Assembly (NCBI RefSeq): GCF_001194135.2
Contig: NC_068986.1
Coordinates: 616,521 to 680,520 of the forward strand
Length of the DNA stretch: 64,000 bases
Direction of reading: 5' to 3'
Source of the DNA: Octopus bimaculoides
Taxonomy: Eukaryota
The translations under genes and the position numbers were made by a program. The notes below the pieces were generated by a model that worked only from the letters and a program-made list of their open reading frames with translations, was not told where the DNA came from and did no database searches. Below are positions 36,126 through 49,272 of the stretch, piece by piece (position 1 is the stretch's first letter; the number at the start of each line of letters is the position of its first letter).

Positions 36126-39100
36126 TAACATAGATAGATAGATAGAATGATTGTCAGTGTCAACAGAAGAAACTGGCGACGGCTTAGTGTGTATGACGTC
36201 TACTGTAGAAATGAAACCACGAGCTATAAACCGTTGTTGATTATTGAAAACCTTTTAGTTGATTGTAAATGAAGTAGAGAAATTTTGCTTTCTAGGAGGA
36301 ATTTCTTATTTGTTTTGTAAGCATGCTCTTTGATGACCCTAAAGATTTCTGACTTCTGTCTTTTTCTTTTCTTTATTTTGTTGAGACTTTTTTTACCCCT
36401 CTTGGGTGTACAAGCTAGATAGATACATTTCCCTTCCATTATGCGATGTCTCTTCGCACTGGCTGACATTGTTGTCTTCTTTGATTGAGAAATACTGTTG
36501 CATGTTTCTTATTCCTAAATTGAAACTGAAGTAACTTCCTGTTTACAGCACTTAACACTGAAATATTGGAAAGCGAAAGCTGAAAGTGTAACGTCGACAA
36601 TTGAAATGAAATATTAAAACTGCAGTGCCATTTTGTTTGTAGTGCCAAAACGTGGAATATGGAAAAGTGAAAGTTTTATGTCAAACTCATGAATTGCAAA
36701 GTTTTGCTGGTCGTCATTAATGAAAACGAATGTGTATACTGCAATGGCAGACAGGAACTGTTTGGAAGGATTTATTAGTAAAGATATATCTGAAGAATGT
36801 ATGAAGTAAGCTTTTATTATACTGAAGATAAATTATGGAAAATTTGAAAACAATAATCCGTAATGGAAGTTATATCATTTGTGAAATTGCAGACGTGAAA
36901 CGATATATTGAGAAGTTAATATTAAAGTGAAAGTGAATAAAAGCGTAAGGGAAGAGGTTGTTACATGAACGAAAAAGTATGGAGGACCTGAAAGCAACGA
37001 TTCTTAAACAAATTTATAAATGCTAAGGACACACATGGAAAAATGTATGAAACAGACGGTAATAAATGGATATTGAACGAAATGTAGTGATAACATGAAA
37101 GCAATTTGAAAGGAAGCGGTAAATTTCAGACGGTGTACATGAAATTATTGATAACGTGAAGGACGTTTATTAAAACGTTAACTTTGAGTGTATGTATGAA
37201 AGTAAAATAGAGAAATTCTAATAAACGGGTATTATATTAAAGAAGATTTATGTGGAACATGAAACAATAAAATTTGTAGAAATAGTTTAAATGTAAGACT
37301 ATAAACAATACACTGGGAAATAATTATCTCACAGAGTATTTAAAGCGAAGTATTCTCAATGACATGCAAGGAAAATTTAGAACGGAAACATCAACACGGT
37401 TATCGAAGGAAAAATATTAAAACACGAAAAAACGTAAACGAAAATGTTTTAAAATGAAATGTAAACGAAACGGTTTGTGAAATGAAATTTAGCAACCCTC
37501 CGTGTATGCACACAATAATAATTGATAACAAAGTGAAAGGAAGTGGAGTGAATGAAAACGAAAGAAAAATTATGGGTAAATTTTCATCCTTTCCCCCGCA
37601 CGATTTTCACTAAGAAAAAAAAAATCGGATATTTTGCGTGGAATCAAGTACCGTGACCTCCTAATATGCTGCAAACTCCTTATTTTTGTTCGGAAAAAAG
37701 TGGGGGGAACCGTGCCCCCCCCCCCTATATCTCGGAATCACTGGAAATTTTTTTTTTCGTTGAATGAATTCCGGTGATCTCCTAATATGCTACAAAACCC
37801 TTTTCTGAGTCTTGAAAACGGGGTGGGGTGGGGTTAAACCCTCGGAAATTTCACCCCCAACCCCATTTTCAAAATATTTTTTGCTATTTCTTTCTTTACC
37901 CATAATTTTAGATAACATTTTACAGAAATACGTTTTCGAGAGAGGGTGGATTACATTAGATTGAAAATTCAAAGAAGTTTGAAATGAATAAGTGTGAAAG
38001 AGTTTCGTGTATTTGGCACTAATGAAACAGAACACGAATTTGTCCATTGTCACTCTGTAACTTGTGACGAAAAAGCTCCCAAAATACAAAATTTTGTCAA
38101 AAACGTTAAGAGTAAAACCTGTTGTATGTGACACATTGTACCAGCATACATGCACACACTCGGGTGTGTCATCAACAGCTCAACAAATGTACCAACTCAA
38201 CCATATATCTACAAACACCAGGAACTCTTTTAACTCAAAAAGCTTTATCGCTTTGTTAGCGACCGGCTTGGACTCTCTTCAGACGAACTTAAATAAAACT
38301 CAAAGAGAAAACATACATACCTCATTGTATCGACCATACTATCGAAAAAAGTCATACATCGCTGGGCACAATGCGTTTTCTCGCATCTTTGTAGCTTTCG
38401 AATGAAGCCGTCTCGCTGGTTAGGCGAGCAGGCCAACATTCCTCCCGAACAGAATACCAGTTTGTCGCTGAGTTACTCACTCACAACTGATTGGACTGAA
38501 GCAACATGAAATGAGTTTTACTCAAGAACAGAATGCACCACCTGTCTGGAAATCGTTACCAGGATCTTGCGATTGTAAGTGCAACATCCTGGCCACAGAG
38601 TTTTTATTTTATCCATTTTAAATATTCATTTCCTCGGCTTAGAATAAATTTTATACTCGAAATACTTGAGATATTTTATAAGAATTGTGTAAATTCAATC
38701 GTAATAGCATTAGACGTACGTACCAAACTTAACATGTTCTGCACAAAAATTATTCACAACAAAATTTGTATATATTATATGAAGAAATTTGAAGAAACAA
38801 AGACTTTGTATGATACTCCAAGGAATAGTATACCATCACTCAAAGAGAGAAAACAAAAGGTTATAAAACATCGAACGAAATTATTGCAGATTCTTGTAGT
38901 TCTGTAAGTATAGCGTGTGATATCCAAAACAAAATGTATCCAGATTATTCCATTCATGTAAGCTAGCAAAATCCGTGGAATTCCTACGGGTTTTGTGAGT
39001 GAATTAACGATATGAAAATAACTTATTCAAATAATACTGTTTCTTCCAAAAACATAACTTTTCTTCGTATTCGAAGCCCATCAAACATAGCTTCATTTTC

Positions 39101-39468
39101 TCCCCATAAATAACTATCTTTTAAGATAAAATACACATAAGAACATAAATAATGAACACAATTTATTAATTTTTTGCCAGGAACAATTTTAGAATCTGTT
39201 CTTCCTTTCACTTATTTTCGCATCAAGATACCTTATTGCATCTGTTTGTGAGCAAAATTATATCTTCTGACTTAAACATTTCAGTCAAAGATACCGTTCA
39301 TTTCATATTGTAGCTGAGATTCGAACCCTAACCGCTTGATACTCATTTATACACCACGAGTGAGTCACCGCAGTTTCACGTGATTGTTCTATAAATCAAC
39401 CAATTCAGCGTGAAGCTGTGGCGTGATATGGTTTTCTTGAATGTTCCAAAATTTACCCTCTACTACCT

Positions 39469-39725
39469 TATAAAAACCGTGTGGCGTTTAGCTCACAGCT
39501 CAGTAGGCCGACAGACCGCTGACGCCACAGACCGCCTCGGGCTTTTGTGCAGACTACTCCAGGCACTCGAACACACCACATGATATCCCACATGTAGCTT
39601 TCTATATTCACCGAGCAGTTTCTCTCTTCTCCCAGTCGACAATAATTGATATTTTTTTCATTGTAAATAATCAACACCAAATATATTATGTCCGGCAGTA
39701 AAATCAAAATTAAATATTCGTGAGT
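39469..39725 (+). promoter_or_regulatory. Candidate TATA + Inr promoter with a first exon
   Basis: TATAAAAA at 39469, TCAGT at 39500, locally GC-rich leader, ATG at 39688 and GTGAGT donor at 39720. Motif evidence only. Confidence 0.35.
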
Positions 39726-39802
39726 TTGCTTCAGTTATTATTCGCGCAGCCAACAACATTCTGCACGTACACTACAACAGTGATACTAAAAACATGTGCA
39801 TT

Positions 39803-40133
39803 AGGCGCATTGCTCAGTGGTTAGAGCGTCAGATTCATAATTGCGAGGTAGTGAGTTCGATTTCTGGACTGGGCTGTGTGTTGTGTTCGTGAGCAAAACT
39901 CATTATTTCACGTTGCTCTAGTTCATTCAGCTGTAGAAATGAGTTGCGACATCACTAGTGCCAACTGTATCGGCCTTTGCCTTTCCCTTGGGTAACATCA
40001 GTGGTATGGAGAGGATAGGCTGATATGCATCGACGACTCCTGGTCTTCCATAAACAACCTTGCCCGGACTTGTGCCTTGGAGGGTAACTTTCTAAGTGCA
40101 ATCTCATGCTCATTCATGACCGAAAGGGGTCTT
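39803..40133 (+). mobile_element. tRNA(Met-like)-headed SINE with CORE-like body, fourth family
   Basis: ggcgcattgctcagtggttagagcgtcagattcataa...gagttcgat head continues into a non-tRNA body and tail ending gaccgaaaggggtct. Confidence 0.7.
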
Positions 40134-40203
40134 ATACATACATACATGTGTGCGAACACACACGCACGCACACATATTTGTGTGATAGTATGCATGTGTA
40201 TGT

Positions 40204-40246
<43 letters not shown>

Positions 40247-41369
40247 TGTTTATGTTCATACAGCTTTAAAACCAGCAATGTTACCAATGTACCGTAACAG
40301 AGAAGTTGAACAAATAGACATCGATAAAATAAGAACCAAACTTTAAAATAATTACAAGGATCGATATGCTCAACTAAACCCTTGAAGGTGGTATTACAGC
40401 ATGGCTTCAGTCCAATAACTGATAAAATACTAAATAAATAAATGAATATTTACCAAACTAATATAAACTAAATTTTAAATATTTATTTATCAGTCTTACG
40501 AATAATATCGGTAACATAATGTCATATTTCTAATACATTATTTCTTAGATTTCGTTCCATAGTTTGAAGTTGATACAAGTGGTATGTAGGTATGTGCGTA
40601 AGTACGTATGTCGGCGGATAGGTGTGCACTATTGTATTGGTATAGAGACCAGCGGTAGTCGTAGAAATTTCGCGCTTATTTGAAAATTTAAGAAATCAGA
40701 AGTTTATAGAGAACCATGAAATAAATAATTTATTGTGATATTGTATACTTTTTAAAAATATCGATGCTTTAGATGTTATTCTGATGAGGAGACATTTCTG
40801 GAAACTTTATTTCTTCTTGTACATTTTTTAACCTCTTCTACATCAAGAGTTATTATATGAAAACCTGCGTGGTAACAATATGGCAATATGGCAAAATTAA
40901 CAATTGCTCCATAGATTGAAAGAAATGATAAACAGTGTTAATCGATTTTCGAAATTTACTGGGTTCTCGTCAGAGATTCTACATCATTTGACCAATCCCA
41001 GAGAAATAAGAAGCAAATCTATATTATNNNNNNNNNNNNNNNNNNNNNNNNNNNNNNNNNNNNNNNNNNNNNNNNNNNNNNNNNNNNNNNNNNNNNNNNN
41101 NNNNNNNNNNNNNNNNNNNNNNNNNNNNNNNNNNNNNNNNNNNNNNNNNNNNNNNNNNNNNNNNNNNNNNNNNNNNNNNNNNNNNNNNNNNNNNNNNNNN
41201 NNNNNNNNNNNNNNNNNNNNNNNNNNNNNNNNNNNNNNNNNNNNNNNNNNNNNNNNNNNNNTATATATATATATATATATATTTCACTTAGCGTCAACAA
41301 AGAAACGATTTAAACTATGGAATGAAATCAAAGGCAGTCTGTTTATGATATTCTGCTGTTGAAGACGGC

Positions 41370-41572
41370 GAGCAAGCAGAATCGTTAGTACGCCAAGGAA
41401 AATGCTTAGCGGCATTTCGTTCATCCTTGCGTTCTGAGTTCAAATTCCGCTCAGGTCGACTTTGCCTCTCTTCGAGGTCGATAAAATAAGTACCAGTTGA
41501 CCATTGGAGTCGATTAAATCGACTTACTCCCTCTCCGAAATTGCTGGCCTTGTGCCAAAATTTGAAACCAAT
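41370..41572 (+). mobile_element. SINE with Meta-like domain, well preserved
   Basis: gcagaatcgttagtacgcc...gagttcaaattccgc...gaggtcgataaaataagtaccagttg...ttgctggccttgtgccaaaatttgaaacc. Confidence 0.85.
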
Positions 41573-41854
41573 ATTCTGTTGAATGACTAGGTGTACAATG
41601 CTTCAACAAATTTTAAAATGCCTTTATATTCATATCAGTGAACAATTCGTATTAGCTAAACTTAACCGCGCTGTCGCAGTAAACGAAATGTTGCAGCCAT
41701 GGATTATCTATGAGCTATGGATTCTAAAAAGAAAAACAAAAGTATAAGAGTAATTTAAGCAGAGGCACGACTGTATGGTTGAAAAATTGGCTTCGTAACC
41801 ATGTAGTTCTAAGTTCATTAATACTTTTCCTGAAATTTGGAAGATAGAAGGCCG

Positions 41855-41883
<29 letters not shown>

Positions 41884-41887
<4 letters not shown>

Positions 41888-42236
41888 GGAAATTGGTTAT
41901 ACACCATTAGGTGTACACCCAATTTCCTATATTAAATTAGAATGAACGGAACGCAGAACTCCAAACTATCAACACAAACAATATTTATTTAAGGTGGAAA
42001 ATAGACAGCTTTACTCTTGGTTGTTGAGACGCCTTCTGTGTGTGAGAACATGGTTGCTGGGACGTTGGTATGTTGATGTGAGCTGTCTAGCGTGAGTTCG
42101 AAAGATGGAGAGAGACAGCTAGACACGTCCTTGCTCAATGCCGGCCAGGCTAGAAAGAGACAGAATAAAGCGGGAAACGCTTGGATGTTGAATTCCACGC
42201 ATGCGTGAGACTACGCATGCGCACGGTGTTACTACA
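41884..42236 (-). mobile_element. Solo LTR of about 350 bp (Gypsy-like) inserted in (TA)n
   Basis: Termini TGTAG...CTACA, TATA on both flanks, AATAAA on the minus strand near 41985, GC-rich U3-like start. Confidence 0.8.
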
Positions 42237-43322
42237 TATATATAGTGTGCGTGTGTGTGTGTGCGTGTTTACGCTCATGCCGCTTAAAACTAGTGACGTT
42301 GTTGACACACTGTAATATAGTGTGGTTCGACAAATGCACATTAGTCAAACCAGTACCAAACTTACTGGAGCCGGTATGGTCTAGTAACAGTACCCGTGTA
42401 ATACCCAGCATGATTATTGCAATCCAATAACTGATAAGAAACGAAATGAATAAACGAACCATACTAAATTTTAAATATTTAATTATTAGTTTTTCGAATA
42501 ATGAAAATGATGTAAAAGCTGTATCTCTAATAAATTGTCATCGATTTCGATTCAAATTTTACCCGTCAACTGCTTAACGAATATTGTAAATGTCATCTCT
42601 TCGATTTCGTTCTATAGTTTGGAGAATGACACAAAAGACAGGTAGGTAGGTACTACTGTATTAATATATAGATTTAGGTATACAACGTTTCCTTGCTGCA
42701 ATAAATCATATATATAGATAAGAAGAACTTTCACTATTTTCCCAATGGAGTCTTGATAATTGACACTTGCTATTATTAAGTTATTCGTTTATTAAATAAA
42801 TAAATCCTATTTTGGGGTATATGGTTTGTATATTCACAATAATTGCAACATTTGGTTTCAGGTAAAACTGCTTATTGTACAATCACCCTTACATTCGAAT
42901 AATATAAATACTTTGCGTCATGTGTCTCAATTGAATCTAAATTCATAAAATTAATATTTCAGCTGTATAAAATATATAACCCTAAAACGATGACATATTT
43001 TGAAAATTTCGTTTTTCTGAATGGTTACAAATTATTAGCTTCTGAAAAAGATAGTGACATTTTGTTCACAATTGTTGTGTGTATACAAATATCTGTGTGG
43101 ACATAAGTATGTGCGTGTACTTGCGTGCGCGTACGTTTCCATATATGTATACATACATACATACATACATACATACATACATACATACATACATTTCTCG
43201 CTTAGGCATAGCAATACTAATAACGTAGGTCTGGAATTCAATATACATATGCTTCAGAATAAAGCATTAGTTGAGTACAGAGCGTAATATAAGATTAAAT
43301 TAAAGACAAAAGAACAAGAAAT

Positions 43323-43546
43323 TATGCAATGAATTTCATTAGCTTACAGCTGTTTCTTTTTTGAAAATCCAAGCTTATCCAGACTGACAGGCATTTACTT
43401 ACAAAATCAAGGGCACCGATTATTATTGGTATAAATGTAAATATGTAATCTGGATAAAGAAGCTTGAAGTTTCGAAGAAGTTGTCCCAAATTATCTTCTT
43501 TCTCTTTGATTTTCAAACATTCACCTCAGTAGGACAGCTGACCTCT
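43323..43546 (-). pseudogene. R4/Dong-like RLE C-terminal fragment
   Basis: SCPTEVNV.KIKEKEDNLGQLLRNFKLLYPDYIFTFIPIIIGALDFV. Confidence 0.75.
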
Positions 43547-43639
43547 ATGTATGTATGTATGTATGTATGGATGCATGCATGCATATATGTATGGATGCAT
43601 GCATGCATGTATGTATGGATGCATGCATGTATGGATGTA

Positions 43640-43925
43640 TGTATGTATGCGTCGACCAGACTATCGGATGTTGTTATACACAACTGGTCACAACGTACTT
43701 CCCCTCGCATTCTTGCAGCTTTTCGAACGATGCCGTCCCATTGGTTGAGCATGTAGACCAACATTCTCCCTGGCAGGCCGTCGCCAGGCCATCGCAGTGC
43801 CGAGTGGCCTGGAGCAGCGTTAAAAGGAAATATTTTGGCCAAGAACACAACGCACCGTCGGTTTTGAAATAGAAACCACGAGCTTGTGGTTGTGAATGCA
43901 AACACGCAAACCACTAGGTCTCCTC
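43640..43925 (-). mobile_element. tRNA-headed SINE with a (CATA)n/(CATG)n tail
   Basis: tRNA-like head at about 43850-43925, cttggccaaaatatt CORE-like segment, tail runs into the microsatellite at 43546-43650. Confidence 0.65.
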
Positions 43926-43999
43926 ATGCGCACACGCACACACAATGTATGTATCTGCACAAGTGTTATTTAAATAAATCTATTTAGATGTTATATGAT

Positions 44000-44215
44000 A
44001 TTCTATAGGCGAGCGCGGCGATCAGGCAGAATGGTTAGGACGCCAGGCAAAAGAATTAGTGGCATTTCGCCCGTCTTCGCATTCTGAGTTCAAATTCCGC
44101 CAAGATTTGACTTTGCCTTTTATCCTTCCGGAATCGATGAAATAACTAAGTACCATTGAGATGTCAATGACTGGTCCCCAAACTTGCTGGCCTTGTGTCA
44201 AAATCTGAAACCAAT
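44000..44215 (+). mobile_element. SINE with Meta-like domain
   Basis: Similar to 41370-41572. Confidence 0.75.
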
Positions 44216-44334
44216 ATGAACTGATTAAGTAAAAAAGAGTTTTCATTATTCATATTGTTTCCATATTGACTTTCGAAGTAATGGTTAATTGTTTGTGCTA
44301 TAAACCATTTTGGTAAATTCGAAAATTTTATACT

Positions 44335-44371
<37 letters not shown>

Positions 44372-44980
44372 ATATATATAAGGTGAGCTGAGGGAAATAA
44401 TTCCAGTAGGCCAACGACATGAGTTCGTGTATTCACTTAAATTGCGAAGAAGGAATGATTTACGCATTTCAGTTCATTAAGAATGTTTTGCCAACGTCAT
44501 TCTGTACAATACCTCCTACCTGAATTATATAAATATATATGATTTACACAGATATACTCAAGTACACACACACACACAATATATATAGACATGTAAATAC
44601 ACACACATATAAAGATAAATATATGTATACACACACATATATATACACATATGTATATACTTAAATACAACTATATGTATGTGGGTAGATACCTACACAC
44701 ACAAGATTGTATATATATAATGCACACACAAATACAGAGAGATACATACATACATACATACATTGCCATAATCAAAGAACGTGAATATTCTCGTTGGGAA
44801 GAATAGCAACTATTTTGGCAAAGTTTCATCTACCTGTGATATAGCGAAGATATAGTGGTGGGGAGAGGGTAATATATTTCATTCTGTAAAGATCATATTG
44901 CTATTAATAACCGTAGTGACCTCGTAGGTTTCGTTCGAAGATTACTTCTTCAATGACTGTTTCTCACTACGCACACATAT

Positions 44981-45044
44981 ACACACGCACTCATATACAC
45001 ACGCACTCATATACACACGCACTCATATACACACGCACTCATAT
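44981..45044. repeat. 16-bp minisatellite, 4 copies
   Basis: (acacacgcactcatat)x4. Confidence 0.9.
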
Positions 45045-45337
45045 ACAAACACAGAAAATGGAACAATACTCATATTTCGTTTGTTAAATTTTGTCCGAGA
45101 ATGTATGAAAATCAGTTTATAACACTGAATGTTTGTGTACTTTAGTTCTTTCGATGCAAACGATTGTTGCTAAACGAATATCACAACATGGTTTTATAGT
45201 TATGATATTTGTTTAGCTACCCTGAGATCATGAATTCGATGGTACCTGTGGCACGTGTCTTCTACTCAGTGGAGCTGCTAGTATAGAAGACATGTGTGCC
45301 GCTGCTCGCGGTAGCCCTTGAGTTTGCTGCTACCACC

Positions 45338-45608
45338 TACGGATCTTTTTTAAAACGGGGGCCACATTTTTCATTAACGAAACACTTTGAAACTTGGAAC
45401 ACTGGTAGAATGTGTCATATAAAACATCTTTTTCTCTTAGTCTTCTTTAAAATAAAAGAAATCCATAAGTTATTCCATGTTAAAGTTGTCGTATTTCCGT
45501 AATTTCAACCAATCACTGACGTCCATTCAGCCGATATACACTAAGTGCCGACTACATAAACAAACGATTCTGAAACAATTAACCCTAACCCTAATCCTAA
45601 CCCTAACC
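45338..45608. mobile_element. Left arm of the large telomere-cored palindromic element, running into a gap
   Basis: ggatc...gaaacactttgaaacttgg...aatttcaaccaatcactgacgtcc then taaccctaaccctaatcctaaccctaacc. Confidence 0.8.
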
Positions 45609-47985
45609 NNNNNNNNNNNNNNNNNNNNNNNNNNNNNNNNNNNNNNNNNNNNNNNNNNNNNNNNNNNNNNNNNNNNNNNNNNNNNNNNNNNNNNNNNNNN
45701 NNNNNNNNNNNNNNNNNNNNNNNNNNNNNNNNNNNNNNNNNNNNNNNNNNNNNNNNNNNNNNNNNNNNNNNNNNNNNNNNNNNNNNNNNNNNNNNNNNNN
45801 NNNNNNNNNNNNNNNNNNNNNNNNNNNNNNNNNNNNNNNNNNNNNNNNNNNNNNNNNNNNNNNNNNNNNNNNNNNNNNNNNNNNNNNNNNNNNNNNNNNN
45901 NNNNNNNNNNNNNNNNNNNNNNNNNNNNNNNNNNNNNNNNNNNNNNNNNNNNNNNNNNNNNNNNNNNNNNNNNNNNNNNNNNNNNNNNNNNNNNNNNNNN
46001 NNNNNNNNNNNNNNNNNNNNNNNNNNNNNNNNNNNNNNNNNNNNNNNNNNNNNNNNNNNNNNNNNNNNNNNNNNNNNNNNNNNNNNNNNNNNNNNNNNNN
46101 NNNNNNNNNNNNNNNNNNNNNNNNNNNNNNNNNNNNNNNNNNNNNNNNNNNNNNNNNNNNNNNNNNNNNNNNNNNNNNNNNNNNNNNNNNNNNNNNNNNN
46201 NNNNNNNNNNNNNNNNNNNNNNNNNNNNNNNNNNNNNNNNNNNNNNNNNNNNNNNNNNNNNNNNNNNNNNNNNNNNNNNNNNNNNNNNNNNNNNNNNNNN
46301 NNNNNNNNNNNNNNNNNNNNNNNNNNNNNNNNNNNNNNNNNNNNNNNNNNNNNNNNNNNNNNNNNNNNNNNNNNNNNNNNNNNNNNNNNNNNNNNNNNNN
46401 NNNNNNNNNNNNNNNNNNNNNNNNNNNNNNNNNNNNNNNNNNNNNNNNNNNNNNNNNNNNNNNNNNNNNNNNNNNNNNNNNNNNNNNNNNNNNNNNNNNN
46501 NNNNNNNNNNNNNNNNNNNNNTATATATATATATATATATATTTCCAAGCCTTTAAGTTTTTCTTTCAATTCACATATCGCTCTATATTTCTCCTTCATT
46601 AGTTTTCTGCTTATTTCTTTCCTTTACCCCTTCTCTTTCGACAGGCTACCTTTGGCGTTATATGTTCTAACGGTTTTAAAAAAAACAACTTAATAGCGTT
46701 CCGTTCATCATTATGCACATCGATCACATTCTATTAAAATGTCTTATTGATGAATTTGGTTTCTTTCTTTCTTTCCCTGATGTGAAGATTACATTGTTTT
46801 ACACCATTTTATTCCTTTTGGAATAATGCCAATGTTGTCTTCGAAACATATGTCGGAAGTGAAAGAATTTGAATAACACCTGCGTTTAACTCCATTTATT
46901 TATTTATTCATTTATTTATATGTATGTATGTATCGTTGCTATTATGTTAAACTTCCCTATGTCCAAATTTGGCGGGGTTTTTTTTCAATATTTATATTTG
47001 CTTGCAATAGCCGGTTCTTTTGGTCAGACTATCGTATCTCCAGCTGTTCCAGATGCCAAAATATCAAAAATTGTCAAAGTGTAGTACAACGGTTTTGGTA
47101 TGGAATGTCTTAGCTTTGCTGTCTTATTTTTTTTTTAACATATCCATGCTCATACAAGACCTGCATTAGACTCCTCACTCGTATCATTATCGAATCCTTC
47201 CATAGCATTTACATGGCGTTACCTGCCACCTTGGGTCTTCTGGATACCAATACCTTTCATATATATATATATATATATATANNNNNNNNNNNNNNNNNNN
47301 NNNNNNNNNNNNNNNNNNNNNNNNNNNNNNNNNNNNNNNNNNNNNNNNNNNNNNNNNNNNNNNNNNNNNNNNNNNNNNNNNNNNNNNNNNNNNNNNNNNN
47401 NNNNNNNNNNNNNNNNNNNNNNNNNNNNNNNNNNNNNNNNNNNNNNNNNNNNNNNNNNNNNNNNNNNNNNNNNNNNNNNNNNNNNNNNNNNNNNNNNNNN
47501 NNNNNNNNNNNNNNNNNNNNNNNNNNNNNNNNNNNNNNNNNNNNNNNNNNNNNNNNNNNNNNNNNNNNNNNNNNNNNNNNNNNNNNNNNNNNNNNNNNNN
47601 NNNNNNNNNNNNNNNNNNNNNNNNNNNNNNNNNNNNNNNNNNNNNNNNNNNNNNNNNNNNNNNNNNNNNNNNNNNNNNNNNNNNNNNNNNNNNNNNNNNN
47701 NNNNNNNNNNNNNNNNNNNNNNNNNNNNNNNNNNNNNNNNNNNNNNNNNNNNNNNNNNNNNNNNNNNNNNNNNNNNNNNNNNNNNNNNNNNNNNNNNNNN
47801 NNNNNNNNNNNNNNNNNNNNNNNNNNNNNNNNNNNNNNNNNNNNNNNNNNNNNNNNNNNNNNNNNNNNNNNNNNNNNNNNNNNNNNNNNNNNNNNNNNNN
47901 NNNNNNNNNNNNNNNNNNNNNNNNNNNNNNNNNNNNNNNNNNNNNNNNNNNNNNNNNNNNNNNNNNNNNNNNNNNNNNNNNNNNN

Positions 47986-48051
<66 letters not shown>

Positions 48052-48373
48052 TGTGTCTGTGTTGGGAGAGTATGTGTGAAACTTGGCTCAATCTTTATTG
48101 GTAAGACTGACGCAAGCTTTCCTTCAAAAAAATGTTTACAATACGAAATTGATGGATAAAGAAATGTCAGAGATAATATCGAGAGAACGTGTAATAGTGC
48201 CAACAAGAACAAAATGGAAAAGAAAACAGAATCATTCACTATAACAACCATAACACTAATCACTCGCAGACGAAACATTGATATTGAATATAGTATTTCA
48301 AAGATATCCTGTGTGTCATCTGAGTACAGATCTTGCTAATTATATACCTGTTTGGATAAAGAGAAATTTAGTC

Positions 48374-48412
<39 letters not shown>

Positions 48413-48659
48413 ACTAATATAGATTCCAGTAAGATATTAACAGTATTGTTGGGAATCGAGAAAACAGAAAGTTTCTGAAAAATAAGTGTCAGGATAAATA
48501 CCTAGTTACGTATAACGGGTCTTTTAAAAAAACTGCGTTGAAGATTCGCTACTCGGTTGGAAATCTTGAAATAGAGTAAGAAAGTTGAAGAAAGTAGTAT
48601 TAGTAGTAGTAGTAGTAGTAATTAGAAAAAACGAATTTATTGCTTACGAATTAATCTAT

Positions 48660-48910
48660 CATGCGTTTGATTCCAGGATCGTAAAAGAAAAAGAGGGCGA
48701 AAAATATACAACCCTTAAAATTTGAAATTTCAAGAATTTAGAGTATGGAAAGTGTAAAGGTTGTGTCTATAATAATTGGTGCATTTGGTAATTGTATGCA
48801 AAGGTATAGAGAAATGGTTGAAGGAGATTGGAATAGAATATCCTATAGAGCTTCTGCAGATTGTTTGCCTCTTAGGGACAGGAAAGATTATCAAGAGGGT
48901 TTTAAGCACT
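48660..48910 (+). pseudogene. R4/Dong-like RLE C-terminal fragment
   Basis: EKEGEKYTTLK.EI.RI..MESVKVVSIIIGAFG...EKWLKEIGIEYPIELLQIVCLLGTGKIIKRVL (frameshifted). Confidence 0.75.
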
Positions 48911-48954
48911 TCAAAGACTATTGCAAGCTTTTGGGAATCTTGAGCAAGTATCTT

Positions 48955-49230
48955 TACCTATAACCTCGGGCCTTGCAAATGGATTTGGAAGACGGAAACT
49001 GAAAGAAGTCTGTCGTGTATATTTACATACATTTATGTATGTGCGTCTTTGTATCTGTGTTTGTCCCTCAACACCGCTTGACAAATGGTGTTGGTTTGTT
49101 TCACCTCCGCAACGTAGCGGTCGGCTAAAGAGACCGATAGAGTAAGTACCAGGGTCGAATCATTCGACTAAAAGTTCTTCAAGCCGATGCTCCAGCATGG
49201 TCGCAGTCTAACGATTGAAACAAGTAAAAG
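48955..49230 (+). mobile_element. Dominant SINE lacking its head
   Basis: ggatttggaagacggaaactgaaagaag...gctccagcatggtcgcagtc...gaaacaagtaaaag. Confidence 0.75.
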
Positions 49231-49232
49231 AT

Positions 49233-49272
<40 letters not shown>

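Noticed and set aside
39803-39875. Possible tRNA-Met gene
   Set aside because: The acceptor and T stems do not close, and the sequence continues into a SINE body.
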